64,000 nucleotides of DNA. It comes from Candidatus Cloacimonadales bacterium (GTDB lineage: Bacteria > Cloacimonadota > Cloacimonadia > G963667145). A program made the translations under genes and the position numbers. Each line of letters opens with the position of its first letter. Position 1 is the stretch's first letter. Below the pieces are notes generated by a model that saw only the letters and a list, made by a program, of their open reading frames with translations, was not told where the DNA came from and made no database searches. Shown piece by piece: positions 1 to 8,929 of this stretch. The stretch spans positions 356,383 through 420,382 of the forward strand of contig OZ245797.1 in the NCBI GenBank assembly GCA_965228195.1, in the 5' to 3' direction.

Positions 1-116
1 GCCAACAGATCGGTAAGCTGGGAGATTCGGGCTACAGCACCAATCCTCACCTTCATTACGAGATTCATCAAAAAGAGAAAAAACTAAATCCAGAAAATTT
101 TATAAAAGATATTTAA
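1..116 (+). CDS. M23 family metallopeptidase, C-terminal fragment (5' end outside window)
   Basis: Frame 3 reads ...QQIGKLGDSGYSTNPHLHYEIHQKEKKLNPENFIKDI*. This is the conserved C-terminal HxH region of LytM/M23 peptidases. Stop codon at 114-116. Confidence 0.6.
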   Translation, partial: QQIGKLGDSGYSTNPHLHYEIHQKEKKLNPENFIKDI

Positions 117-128
117 GGAGAAAAGGTT

Positions 129-482
129 ATGATAAAAGAAAAAAATAGAGAGGTTGAAATTTCTTCGATCATCGGCAAAGACCTGAAGATTAAAGGTGAT
201 ATCAGCGGAGAGAACGGCATAAAAATAGATGGCGACATCACCGGCAACATCGTCGGCAAATCTTTGATCTCTATCACCACCAGCGGCAAAGTGGAAGGCA
301 ACATCGATTGCAACAACTGTATCATCGCCGGGATCATCAACGGAGGCGTCAACTCCAAAGGCACCATCGAAATCAAGAAGAGTGCCAAAATAAATGGCGA
401 TATCAAAGCGGTGACCTTGATTGTGGAGCCAGGAGCGACCCTCAACGGCAACTGCACCATGGGAAAAGATGTCATCAAATAA
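129..482 (+). CDS. bactofilin (DUF583) polymer-forming cytoskeletal protein
   Basis: 117 aa with the repetitive beta-helix pattern GDISGENGIKIDGDITGNIVGKS...VEGNIDCNN...INGDIKA typical of bactofilins. AAGGAG RBS lies 8 nt upstream of the ATG. Confidence 0.8.
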   Translation: MIKEKNREVEISSIIGKDLKIKGDISGENGIKIDGDITGNIVGKSLISITTSGKVEGNIDCNNCIIAGIINGGVNSKGTIEIKKSAKINGDIKAVTLIVEPGATLNGNCTMGKDVIK

Positions 483-843
483 AGAACATTTTTTATACCT
501 TGGCAAAGTTTGCCTGCTCAGCGTGGTTTTGGCTTGCCCAGGAACTTTATTGCCCTCCGGTCTTAGCCTTTTTTTAGGACTAATTGGAGGGTTGTTTTTT
601 TTGCTGGCAACCGGCATCAGCACGCTTGTTGCCCTGTCTTCTCGCTATCGCACCAGCAAAGCGGTCATCGTCGGTTTCGGCAGCCGCTTTTTTATCGTTG
701 CTCTCTACAGCTACCTGCTTTTCTACCACCTAAATCTGGAGGTTATCGCCTACGGAGTGGGCCTACTCTTGCCCTTATTGGCTCTTTACCTCTACGAAGC
801 TTACCTGTTTTGGCTCCATCACAACCATCGGCAAAAGCGATAA
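469..843 (+). CDS. small integral membrane protein (hypothetical); likely start at the internal ATG of ORF 421..843
   Basis: Downstream of the first Met (MSSNKEH...) there are three to four hydrophobic helices. Overlaps the bactofilin stop by about 14 nt. Confidence 0.4.
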   Translation: MSSNKEHFLYLGKVCLLSVVLACPGTLLPSGLSLFLGLIGGLFFLLATGISTLVALSSRYRTSKAVIVGFGSRFFIVALYSYLLFYHLNLEVIAYGVGLLLPLLALYLYEAYLFWLHHNHRQKR

Positions 844-868
844 CTCCCGCTGGCTCTTCTTTAAACTT

Positions 869-1783
869 ATGAACCCACAAACTCTTTGCCAAAACACCAC
901 TTGGCTGGCACCGCTGGCTGGATTTACCGACTTACCTTATCGAAAGATAGCCAAAGAAAACGGCGTAGATGTGCTCACCACCGAGATGGTCAGCGCCGCA
1001 GGACTCACCTACAACCCATCAGCAAGTCTGCCTTACGCTTACACCCAAGAAGACTCCTCCCCCATCGGCGTCCAGCTCTTCGGCAGCACCCCTGCGCATT
1101 TCGTCCAAGCTATCTCCGTTTTACCCGCCATCGATTTCTTGTGCATCAATATGGGTTGCCCGGTAAAGAAGGTGGTCAAAACTGGCGCCGGATCAGCCCT
1201 GATGGACACCCCCTTGCTCGCAGCCCAGATAGTGGAAAGTTGCCGCAAATCGCTTCCTGCCAGCACGCCATTGGTGGTCAAATTCCGCTCGGGATTTTCT
1301 CGGGTAAACTACTTGCAGTTCGGGCTGAGAATGCAAGCAGCAGGAGCCGACATCTTAATCTTGCACCCTCGCACCAGGGCGCAGATGTTCACCGGTCACA
1401 GCAACTGGGAACAAATAGCCCAGCTCAAGGCGGCTTGCCAGACCCCTGTCATCGGCAACGGCGATATAAAAAGCCACGCCGATATTACCAAGATGAGACG
1501 GCAGACCAGCTGCGATGGCGTGATGATCGGACAAGGAGCCATCGGCAACCCTTGGATATTCTCACCAAACTCACCCACCAACCCCGAAAAATTAGCCACC
1601 ATCAAGAAGCACTACCGCTTGGCTATGGCTCACTACGGGCAAACCAAAGGGATCCGCACCATGCGCTCCCACATCGCCAAATACACCAAAAGTTTGCCTG
1701 GCGGCAGCATCGCCCGTCAAGAGATAAATAGCCTAACAGATTTAGAAGCTATCTTTAAGGTGTTGGAAAAAGTTTTGGCTTAG
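869..1783 (+). CDS. dus: tRNA-dihydrouridine synthase (Dus family)
   Basis: 304 aa. N-terminal LAPLAGFTDLPYR and the internal FMN-binding TIM-barrel motifs (INMGCP, GNGDI) are diagnostic of DusA/B/C enzymes. Confidence 0.85.
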   Translation: MNPQTLCQNTTWLAPLAGFTDLPYRKIAKENGVDVLTTEMVSAAGLTYNPSASLPYAYTQEDSSPIGVQLFGSTPAHFVQAISVLPAIDFLCINMGCPVKKVVKTGAGSALMDTPLLAAQIVESCRKSLPASTPLVVKFRSGFSRVNYLQFGLRMQAAGADILILHPRTRAQMFTGHSNWEQIAQLKAACQTPVIGNGDIKSHADITKMRRQTSCDGVMIGQGAIGNPWIFSPNSPTNPEKLATIKKHYRLAMAHYGQTKGIRTMRSHIAKYTKSLPGGSIARQEINSLTDLEAIFKVLEKVLA

Positions 1784-1834
1784 AGACTCACCTTATTTTT
1801 TTGCAATTCACTTTGCGGTGAGTCTCTTTTTTCG
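1783..1834 (+). terminator. putative intrinsic terminator after dus
   Basis: 11-bp perfect stem AGAGACTCACC / GGTGAGTCTCT followed by TTTTTT. The loop is long (about 23 nt), hence moderate confidence. Confidence 0.5.
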
Positions 1835-2149
1835 CCTAAAGGCGAGATATGTCACCTTTCTTTTTGTCTGAACAAAAATAATTGTGACCGAAAGAAAAAA
1901 TCAAATCAAAAGACAAAATCCTAACTTGCAAAACTTTCTCGCTGTGGCTGTAGTGCATCGTTTAGATTCTTTCCTAGCATCGCTAAAGACAGAGAAATAA
2001 ATTCCTCACACAGCCACAACTTCATTCGTTTAAACAAGTTCGACGGATTTAGTCTTGATTGATTACTAGCCCATTCCGCAGGCTTTGTCGCTCCCGCTCC
2101 AAAGCAATTGATAAGTTACATTGGATAATTGTTAATTAAAAATAAAAGT

Positions 2150-2445
2150 GAAAAAATTGACTACCACTTAGTGGGAAAAGATGGGGTGGAATTTTTCATT
2201 TTTCATTCTCAATTTTTAGTTTGGCTATGGCTCGTTAGAGGCAAAGCCTTTGGAGGGGACTACCTCCGCTTAAAGGGGTCTTCTTATTTTCTCGACATTC
2301 ATAAGCCAGTGACACTAATCACTTTCTAAGTAGAAATGCAAAGCCAAAAGCAGAAAATGACAAAATTATGGGTAATAAGCGGGAACAACCACACTTTTTT
2401 ACTCTGCTGGTGACACACCCCGTCGCTGGCGCTTTGAAGCAGAGC
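2150..2445. repeat. left arm of a large imperfect inverted repeat (partner at 8930..9200)
   Basis: The reverse complement of 2150-2445 aligns with 8930-9200. The inner about 110 bp (2340-2445 vs 8935-9050) is roughly 90% identical, e.g. ccgcttcaaagcgccagcgacgggg(c/t)gtgtcaccagcagagtaaaaaagtgtggttgttcccgcttattacccata. The outer about 190 bp is roughly 70% identical with conserved blocks (ggctttgca, tttagaaagtgatt, ccctttaagcggag, tgaaaaattccacc). Confidence 0.6.
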
Positions 2446-2525
2446 GGTTTTCTTTTCTCTCCCCTCTCTTTTCGTTGAGCGCTCAACGAAAAGAGAGGGT
2501 CCCGCTGAAAGCGACACCCCCTGCT
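2446..2525. repeat. short repeat-family element with a 38-bp perfect palindrome (copy 1)
   Basis: gagcggttttcttttctctc followed by the palindrome ccctctcttttcgttgagcgctcaacgaaaagagaggg (2462-2499), then (t/c)c(c/t)gctgaaagc. A near-identical direct copy lies at 9527-9605, and a partial inverted copy (gctttcagcaagaccctctcttttc) at 8826-8850. Confidence 0.55.
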
Positions 2526-2549
2526 GAAAGCAAATCAACTCAGTTACCA

Positions 2550-3383
2550 CTAGGTCACAAGAACACCCTTGCGGTAAGCGAAGAACATCTTGCCGTCTTT
2601 TTTCAAAACGAAGATAACGATCAACAAAAGCAGTCCGGTTTGGATGATCTTGCTGTCTGGATGAGTAGCAAAAATCTCGTTGGAGACGTTCGCCATTAAA
2701 TGAAAAACAACCGTGATGAAGATGTTGCGGTTTGTTTTGTAGTAGAGCCAATTCATCAAAATCACGAAGACAAAAATGCTGACAACGAAGTTTAAGAAGT
2801 AAATCCAGCCCTCTGCCACGATGTTGCTATGGTAATAGCCTTGCACAAACGAGAGCGGAAGGTGCCAAAAAACCCAGTAAAAAGCGAAGATTAAACAGGT
2901 ATTAAAAAGGTTGAACTTGGCTCGCAGAGCGTCCATCCCGTAAGAGTGCCAAGCTAACTCCTCGGCAAGGGGCGCAAACAGGAGTATGAACCATGGCGAT
3001 AAAAGAAAAGAGGTGAAAGTTGGCTTGCCCGAGATGTAAAACTGGTGCAAATCGTAACCAAAGAGCAAAGAGATGCACTGGGCAACTACTATCGAGACAG
3101 GCAAAAGCAAGAATGCCAGTGCCAAATAGCTCTTGTTCAGCTCCCTTAAGCCCAGCAACCTTTGGGCTAAATCTTTTTTGAGAGTTTTGTCTTTCCAAAA
3201 AAAGTATCCCGCTACCACACAAGGCGACAAAAGCCCCGTGATTGCCAAGAACTGTTGCCAGCCCAAGAGTCCAAAAGATTGATTTGGTCGGTGGCTAAGG
3301 TAAGCCAAAGCAAACCAAAAAGTCCAAGGGATGAATAAAGACAGTCCGTAAAAAGTTAATGTTTTGTTATATTTTTCTAACAT
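2550..3383 (-). CDS. CPBP family intramembrane metalloprotease (CAAX protease / Abi domain)
   Basis: 277 aa polytopic membrane protein. Conserved CPBP motifs are present: EExxW (PLAEELAWHS), FxxxH (FYWVFWHLP) and HxxxN (FHLMANVSNE). Confidence 0.75.
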   Translation of the reverse strand: MLEKYNKTLTFYGLSLFIPWTFWFALAYLSHRPNQSFGLLGWQQFLAITGLLSPCVVAGYFFWKDKTLKKDLAQRLLGLRELNKSYLALAFLLLPVSIVVAQCISLLFGYDLHQFYISGKPTFTSFLLSPWFILLFAPLAEELAWHSYGMDALRAKFNLFNTCLIFAFYWVFWHLPLSFVQGYYHSNIVAEGWIYFLNFVVSIFVFVILMNWLYYKTNRNIFITVVFHLMANVSNEIFATHPDSKIIQTGLLLLIVIFVLKKDGKMFFAYRKGVLVT

Positions 3384-3453
3384 TTTTTCCTCCGTTTTAG
3401 GTTTAACCTATTTTTTTCGTTTTTCCCACTTCACTAATTTAATTCCAAAAAAA

Positions 3454-3476
3454 TATTGACCGACGGTCAGTCAATA
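3454..3476. promoter_or_regulatory. palindromic operator candidate in the divergent CPBP/tetR intergenic region
   Basis: TATTGACCGACGGTCAGTCAATA contains the inverted repeat TGACCG-A-CGGTCA and the outer half-sites ATTGAC/GTCAAT. It lies 14 nt upstream of the tetR start. Confidence 0.35.
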
Positions 3477-3489
3477 TTTTTCTAGTTTT

Positions 3490-4194
3490 ATGATGATCAG
3501 AAAAATAAAAAAAGAAGAGACCGTAGCCAATATCCTTCATATTTCGGAAAAACTATTTTATGAACAAGGGTATGAAAAAACCTCTATCTCTCAGATCGCC
3601 AAAGAGTGCGGTTTGTCTAAAGGTGCACTGTATCACCACTTTACCTCTAAACAGCAGGTGTTAGAAAAGATCTGTCACAACCATTACGAGTTGCTGAAAG
3701 ATATTTTTTTGCCGATTGTCGCCAAGAGATCTTTGAGTATGTTCGAGCGGTTTTTGCAAATAATGAACATCGCCCGCTCTATGCAGATGAACACGGCAGC
3801 CACCACTTTTGCCAAGAGTGAAAAAGCTGACAACCATTCCCCCGAGAATGCGGCTCTAAATCAGTTATTGAACCAATATCACCAAAAAGTTTACCTGGAG
3901 ATATTCAGCTCTCTTCTGGAAGAGGGCAAAAAAAACCAAGAGTGTTCTTTCCCTTGCTCGTCGCAAACCATAGCCAACCTCGTCTTCAACCTAGACAACG
4001 GCACCAATCAAAGACTAAACCAGATCGTTTACCAAGAAAAATCTTTAAAACAGGAAAAGATGTTAAACGACACCATCGACGGGTTTGTGTTCGCTTTGGC
4101 AAATATTTTGAATATGGACACCCAAAAAATCGAAAAAATGATCTTAGCTACGAAGATGAAAGAGATATACAGATCGATCTTAAAGAAAGGATAA
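3490..4194 (+). CDS. TetR/AcrR family transcriptional regulator
   Basis: N-terminal HTH TVANILHISEKLFYEQGYEKTSISQIAKECGLSKGALYHHFTSKQQVL matches the TetR_N signature. Confidence 0.85.
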   Translation: MMIRKIKKEETVANILHISEKLFYEQGYEKTSISQIAKECGLSKGALYHHFTSKQQVLEKICHNHYELLKDIFLPIVAKRSLSMFERFLQIMNIARSMQMNTAATTFAKSEKADNHSPENAALNQLLNQYHQKVYLEIFSSLLEEGKKNQECSFPCSSQTIANLVFNLDNGTNQRLNQIVYQEKSLKQEKMLNDTIDGFVFALANILNMDTQKIEKMILATKMKEIYRSILKKG

Positions 4195-4197
4195 AGA

Positions 4198-5139
4198 ATG
4201 AATCTCAGAAAAAAAATCGCTTTATTGCTCGTTTTGACAAGCAACTATTTAATAGCCAACGAAAAATCTACCAACTACATTCCGTTGTTTCAGTCCGAAA
4301 ATCTCAATGTGAGTGAGCAAAGCCTCCAGTGCCAAAGTGCCGGCTTTGTCATCGAAAAAGAGAACTTCCTTTTTGTGGGAATTACCTCTTTCACCAAGTT
4401 TGAGCAGCAGCCTCTCTTTGAGTTCCCCAAATCTTATCTGTCAATCGATGTTTTGACCGAGTTCAAAAAGAACAGCTCGGAAATCCTTTTCATCTACAAA
4501 TCTGATGCCGACAAAACCGAAAGCTTCGAGTTGCAAACCTTACAAACGGCTTTGGTTTATGGACACAGATTTATCGACAAAGAAAACTTTCAGCTTGTGT
4601 TCGGTGGAGGTTTAGCCGTAAGCGACTTCGGCATAGAGTGTTCCGATGGCTCCACACTCCCTATGATCCCGGTGCCTTTGCTGAGGATAAACTCACACAA
4701 CCAGCTTTTTACCACTAAGTTCGAGTTTATCACCTCCCCCAATTTGGACATTACTTTTTTGCTGAGCGAACATATCAAAGCGACTTTTGAAGGGAGGTTT
4801 GACCAACTAAGAGACGAGCGAGATCTGCTTTTCGAGAGTAAACTTCACTACCGATTTTTCTCCGCTTCTGATGATCTGGGTGATATTGCCGGCGTGGCTC
4901 TCGGGTTCAAAAACGGCAATCATGGCGCCTTTAATCTGGCTAAAAGAGACAATAAAGAGAACGAAACCTTGGAGATCCAGTACCGCTCCATTTTTGCCGA
5001 GCTAGATTTGACACTGCTAAAACTCTCCGCAGGTCACGCCTTCCAAGGCAGAGAACTTTATCAAGATGGCGAGCAGCTGTCCAAGCAAAATGTTGGTGAT
5101 GGCTACTTCTGGAGCGTGCAAGCGTTATACCAGTTTTAA
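4198..5139 (+). CDS. secreted protein, probably an outer-membrane beta-barrel (hypothetical)
   Basis: Signal peptide MNLRKKIALLLVLTSNYLIANE, alternating amphipathic segments, and a C-terminal ...ALYQF with terminal aromatic Phe typical of OMP beta-signals. Starts 4 nt after the tetR stop. Confidence 0.45.
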   Translation: MNLRKKIALLLVLTSNYLIANEKSTNYIPLFQSENLNVSEQSLQCQSAGFVIEKENFLFVGITSFTKFEQQPLFEFPKSYLSIDVLTEFKKNSSEILFIYKSDADKTESFELQTLQTALVYGHRFIDKENFQLVFGGGLAVSDFGIECSDGSTLPMIPVPLLRINSHNQLFTTKFEFITSPNLDITFLLSEHIKATFEGRFDQLRDERDLLFESKLHYRFFSASDDLGDIAGVALGFKNGNHGAFNLAKRDNKENETLEIQYRSIFAELDLTLLKLSAGHAFQGRELYQDGEQLSKQNVGDGYFWSVQALYQF

Positions 5140-5224
5140 AAAAAATTATTAAAATCCAAAAAATTATTGCAAAAGGATACCAAAATATTAGCTTGACTGT
5201 TCTTTCAAGGAAAAGGAGGGAAAG

Positions 5225-5509
5225 ATGATAAAGATCCAATTTTTGATGACCATCGCATCGTCCACCGGCATCAGCAAAGCTGAATTAGATAGCAAAGAAG
5301 AGATCACCGTTCTAAAGACTTTGCAAAGGCTGGAAATTCAAGAGAAGAAGCAGATTATCGACAAAATAATGATCCCAGACAAAACCGAGTTCAAACCAGG
5401 TGTGCTAGTGCTGGCAGGCAAAGAGAACGAGCTACAACCGGCGAAGTTCGACACAATCCTAAAAAGCGACTATCTGCTTAAAGTAACCACCATCGTCGGC
5501 GGAGGCTAA
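5225..5509 (+). CDS. small protein ending in -GGG; C-terminal region resembles a ThiS/MoaD-like beta-grasp (ubiquitin-like sulfur-carrier fold)
   Basis: 94 aa. AAGGAGGG RBS lies 7 nt upstream. The C-terminus ...ILKSDYLLKVTTIVGGG resembles ThiS/MoaD termini (…ILLFQVIAGG). Its stop overlaps the RBS (GGAGG) of the downstream E1-like gene. Confidence 0.5.
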   Translation: MIKIQFLMTIASSTGISKAELDSKEEITVLKTLQRLEIQEKKQIIDKIMIPDKTEFKPGVLVLAGKENELQPAKFDTILKSDYLLKVTTIVGGG

Positions 5510-5512
5510 GAG

Positions 5513-6184
5513 TTGGAAACCATTTTTGATCGATCGACTCTGCTCTGGGGCAGGGCGGATCAAGCCAAGCTGACAAAAGCAAGAGTGGTGCTACTGGGCA
5601 TGGGCGGACTCGGCTCGGCAATCGCCCAAGTTCTGGTCAGAGCTGGAGTAGGAGAGCTGACTTTGTTCGACCAAAAGAGAGTAGATTTGCCCGATTTGGG
5701 CAGGCAACTGCTTTACACCCAAGAAGATTTGAACAAATCTAAGCTTGAGGCGGCTAAAGCTGCCATCTTGAGGATAAATCCAGACTGCATCGTCAACACA
5801 GTTTGCCAAGATATAAATAAGCTAAAAAGTTTACCCGCTGCCGACCTTTTTCTCGACTGCTTGGACAACTTTGCCACTCGCCTGAACATCTGGGAGAAGC
5901 TTCCTGCCCAAAGCTTTTTTGTCCATTGTGGCGTGCGAGCTTATCAAGGCCAGGTGATCACCTTGCAAAAAGCAGTCACCCTTGGTCTGCCAGAGCTACT
6001 ACTCTCGGGCAAAGACGACGATGAGAAAATCCCTATAGCCCCTCAGACGGTGATGTTGGCAGGATCTCTAGCGGCAGATGAGGCTATCGGTATCTTGCAA
6101 GGAAAAGCAAAACTTTTAGGGAAGCTCTTTCAGTTTGACCTGAAAAACCACAGCTTTACAACCATCGAAGGTTTCAATCTTTGA
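5513..6184 (+). CDS. ThiF/MoeB/HesA-family E1-like adenylyltransferase (minimal, no CxxC zinc motif)
   Basis: 223 aa with TTG start. It carries the nucleotide-binding VVLLGMGGLGSAIAQVLVRAGVGELTLFDQKRVDLPDLGRQ motif. LDCLDNFATRLNI...HCGVRAYQGQV aligns to MoeB VLDCTDNVAVRNQLN...SGAAIRMEGQI. There are no CxxC pairs. Confidence 0.8.
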   Translation: METIFDRSTLLWGRADQAKLTKARVVLLGMGGLGSAIAQVLVRAGVGELTLFDQKRVDLPDLGRQLLYTQEDLNKSKLEAAKAAILRINPDCIVNTVCQDINKLKSLPAADLFLDCLDNFATRLNIWEKLPAQSFFVHCGVRAYQGQVITLQKAVTLGLPELLLSGKDDDEKIPIAPQTVMLAGSLAADEAIGILQGKAKLLGKLFQFDLKNHSFTTIEGFNL

Positions 6185-6243
6185 CAACAAGCCAAGCTGA
6201 AGCTAGCGTTTGGCAGTCGGTCTTAGGGTAAAGGCGAAGCAGA

Positions 6244-6861
6244 TTATAAGACAATATCGGCGAGTTTCTTGTGCTTGACTATCTGCTTATGCTCGATTTG
6301 TAAAACTTTTTCGACGAACTCCGAGATCGGATCTCTGCCCCGCAACTGTCTGTTTTTTTTGGTCTGCAGATAAGATTTGTCGATAAAGCACCTAAAGTCA
6401 ACATTTTGCAAAAGGCTGGTGTAAGTCCCTTCCACAATTATCAAGGCAAAATCGCCAACATCCAGCACCTCTTGACCTATCTTGTCGTTTTCAAAATCTA
6501 CCAAAGGCTTTACCAGTTTTGGCGCCGACATTTTTTTTAAGATAAGCAGATGCTCATCCAGTTTGTCCAATAGAACCTCTTTTGTGCCAACATTGTCTAA
6601 AGATTTGAGACGATTTTGGTGGTTAGTTTGGGGCGGCAACTTGAAATAGTCGTCTTGACACAAAATAACGGCTTGTCCTTCTTGAAAATTTTTTGCCAAA
6701 CAGTAAGCGATCTCGCTCTTGCCACAACCCGATTCTCCTGCGATGCTTACTACAATCTTTTCTTTTTCTACCCTGTTTTTAATCTTTGCAAAGATCTTTT
6801 TGGCAGACTCGATATGAAAATCTTTTATCAATAACTTGTCCCCTTTCACTTCCAACTCCAT
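6244..6861 (-). CDS. P-loop nucleoside/nucleotide kinase (uridine kinase / phosphoribulokinase family)
   Basis: Walker A IAGESGCGKSE followed by a uridine-kinase-like fold. The N-terminus overlaps the 3' end of the upstream GT gene by about 83 nt, so the true start is uncertain. Confidence 0.6.
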   Translation of the reverse strand: MELEVKGDKLLIKDFHIESAKKIFAKIKNRVEKEKIVVSIAGESGCGKSEIAYCLAKNFQEGQAVILCQDDYFKLPPQTNHQNRLKSLDNVGTKEVLLDKLDEHLLILKKMSAPKLVKPLVDFENDKIGQEVLDVGDFALIIVEGTYTSLLQNVDFRCFIDKSYLQTKKNRQLRGRDPISEFVEKVLQIEHKQIVKHKKLADIVL

Positions 6862-8587
6862 TTTTTATATCTAAACCTTTTTTTCGTAAAAACTCGATAA
6901 GGTTTTTTATGGTCACTTGCCAACTTATCTTTTCTGAGATTTTAGTTAGCTTTTTGACATTTTCCATATTTGGCGTATCTAAAGTTTTTTTCATCAACCT
7001 TGCCAGCTCCTGCCCATCTCCGTTAGGGAAAATATCGATACAATCCGCGGCGAAATTGGTAGAAAAAGGGATAAGATCGGAAGAGATGATCTGGCTTTTG
7101 GTAGCTGAGGCTTGAGCAACACTCATCCCAAAACCTTCCATCTCTGAGGCAGAGACATATATATCGGCGATGTAAAAAACTGGTCCAATAAACTTCTGCG
7201 GAATATAGTCTAGCAAAAAAACTTTCTTTTCCAATCCTGGTTTTGCGTTTATCTGCTTCTCCAGCTCGTTATAAACCTTATTTTTTGACCCCCCACCGAT
7301 CAATAAGTAAACATCTTGGTAATCGTCACATATATTGGCAAAAGCTTCTATTATGAGATCTTTTCGCTTGGTCAGATCCATCCTACTTGTCTCAAAAATA
7401 ATCTTGCTTTTTTTTAATAGATCTGGCTTAATATCTGTCACTTCGGCTAAATATTCGTAAGCCAAACTCAGCTCTTCAGGACTATATTTCCTAAAAATAG
7501 ATTTATCTGCCTGTGGATGAAGATAAAAAATGCTCTTTTCATCAACCCGATAGTAAGAGATTAAACAGTCGGTGATTTCCGTGGAGGTTGAGATAAAAAA
7601 AGGCGTTCTGGCACAAATGTTTATCTCGTGACTGTCTCGCTCACGCAGCCGCAAAGAACTTCTGTCCGAAGCAGGAGCTCCTCTCATATTGTAGTTTTTT
7701 ATTTCGCCCAAAGAATGAGGAGTCCAGATATGTTTATTTATCTTGCTAAAGTTTGTTTTTAACTCACCTTTAAACTTTTGACAACGCTCAAATATCTTTT
7801 TCGCCAACAAGGTGATGAAATCTAGCTCTTTATAAGATTCGTCTTGAGTATTGGGCAACTCCTTGAAAATAGCGGCTAAAATTTGTTTGTTGATAAACAG
7901 CTTCTCATGGAAAACAGACTCCCAAATGTCGATGATTTGCAAAGCTTTCCGCTGGACAGACGAGCCCTTAAACTTCTTGAATAAGATCTTAACAATATGA
8001 AAAACTGGCAACTTAGAAATATCTTGCCAGTGTCGATTGCGAAACAATTTATCTTTATCTTTAGTCGATAGATAATCAGCAAAGTATTTTTCCACCAGTT
8101 CATAAACAAAATCGTTTTGCCAAAAATCTATCAAACTCATACCGATCACCCCAGCATCCCAATAGTGAGAGTTTATAAACTCAAAAACTTCCCACTCTTG
8201 GCAACCTTTTGCCTTTGCCTTGTCTTGAACAATCTTATACAGATGATGCAACTCTTGATTCAAAGCAGGAGAGATATTCTCTTTGGGCAAAAACTTATCA
8301 CCGCCTCCACACAGATACTCGTAGCGGACAAACTCGGATAAATAAGAGACTCCTTTGCGTATCTGATAACCTTTATACTTGGGAAATCCACCCCTGGAGT
8401 AGATAGAAACTTTATACCCCAGCTGCTCTAACTTTAGAGCAAGCACATTGACATACACCACCTGTCCACCAGTATCTGGCACCCCACCTATCTTTACTTG
8501 GGGCGAGGCGTAGCCGTGATTGGTGATCAAAGCTACCTCTGGACGCAAAGAGTCCTCAAACAAAAGACCGCTACCATTAAAACACAT
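6779..8587 (-). CDS. GT4 glycosyltransferase of the sucrose-phosphate-synthase / sucrose-synthase family
   Basis: 602 aa. N-terminal HGYASPQVKIGGVPDTGGQVVYV matches the SPS/SuSy GYPDTGGQVVY signature. The C-terminal E-x7-E region (EMEGFGMSVAQASA) is also present. Confidence 0.75.
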   Translation of the reverse strand: MCFNGSGLLFEDSLRPEVALITNHGYASPQVKIGGVPDTGGQVVYVNVLALKLEQLGYKVSIYSRGGFPKYKGYQIRKGVSYLSEFVRYEYLCGGGDKFLPKENISPALNQELHHLYKIVQDKAKAKGCQEWEVFEFINSHYWDAGVIGMSLIDFWQNDFVYELVEKYFADYLSTKDKDKLFRNRHWQDISKLPVFHIVKILFKKFKGSSVQRKALQIIDIWESVFHEKLFINKQILAAIFKELPNTQDESYKELDFITLLAKKIFERCQKFKGELKTNFSKINKHIWTPHSLGEIKNYNMRGAPASDRSSLRLRERDSHEINICARTPFFISTSTEITDCLISYYRVDEKSIFYLHPQADKSIFRKYSPEELSLAYEYLAEVTDIKPDLLKKSKIIFETSRMDLTKRKDLIIEAFANICDDYQDVYLLIGGGSKNKVYNELEKQINAKPGLEKKVFLLDYIPQKFIGPVFYIADIYVSASEMEGFGMSVAQASATKSQIISSDLIPFSTNFAADCIDIFPNGDGQELARLMKKTLDTPNMENVKKLTKISEKISWQVTIKNLIEFLRKKGLDIKNGVGSERGQVIDKRFSYRVCQKDLCKD

Positions 8588-8929
8588 CCGATCTCCTTTC
8601 TTATTTCCCCTTCCTTGAAAACAGTCTAAACAGCCTTAATTATCTGCTTTTCGATAATTAACTGTGTCCTCAAAATATACTTTTTTTACCGTTCGATATT
8701 CATAAACTACAGCCTTTTCTTGTCAATAGGAAAAATGAAAGAAAACGAAACTTGCCATAAAAAAGCCTTTAAAAAAGTGTCCAGTTTTTTGGGTTCATAT
8801 CACTCCTGCGGAGGGCGGACTCTTTTTGCTTTCAGCAAGACCCTCTCTTTTCTTTTTCTCCTGCGGAGGGCTCTGACCACATAAAGAGGGTCTCAAATGA
8901 TTAGCATTCTTTATGTGGTCAGACTAAAA

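Noticed and set aside
84-623. 179-aa minus-strand ORF antisense to the bactofilin gene
   Set aside because: The plus-strand ORF has the unmistakable bactofilin beta-helix repeat and a strong RBS. The antisense ORF has no motif and is an artefact of the repetitive Gly/Asp/Ile codons.
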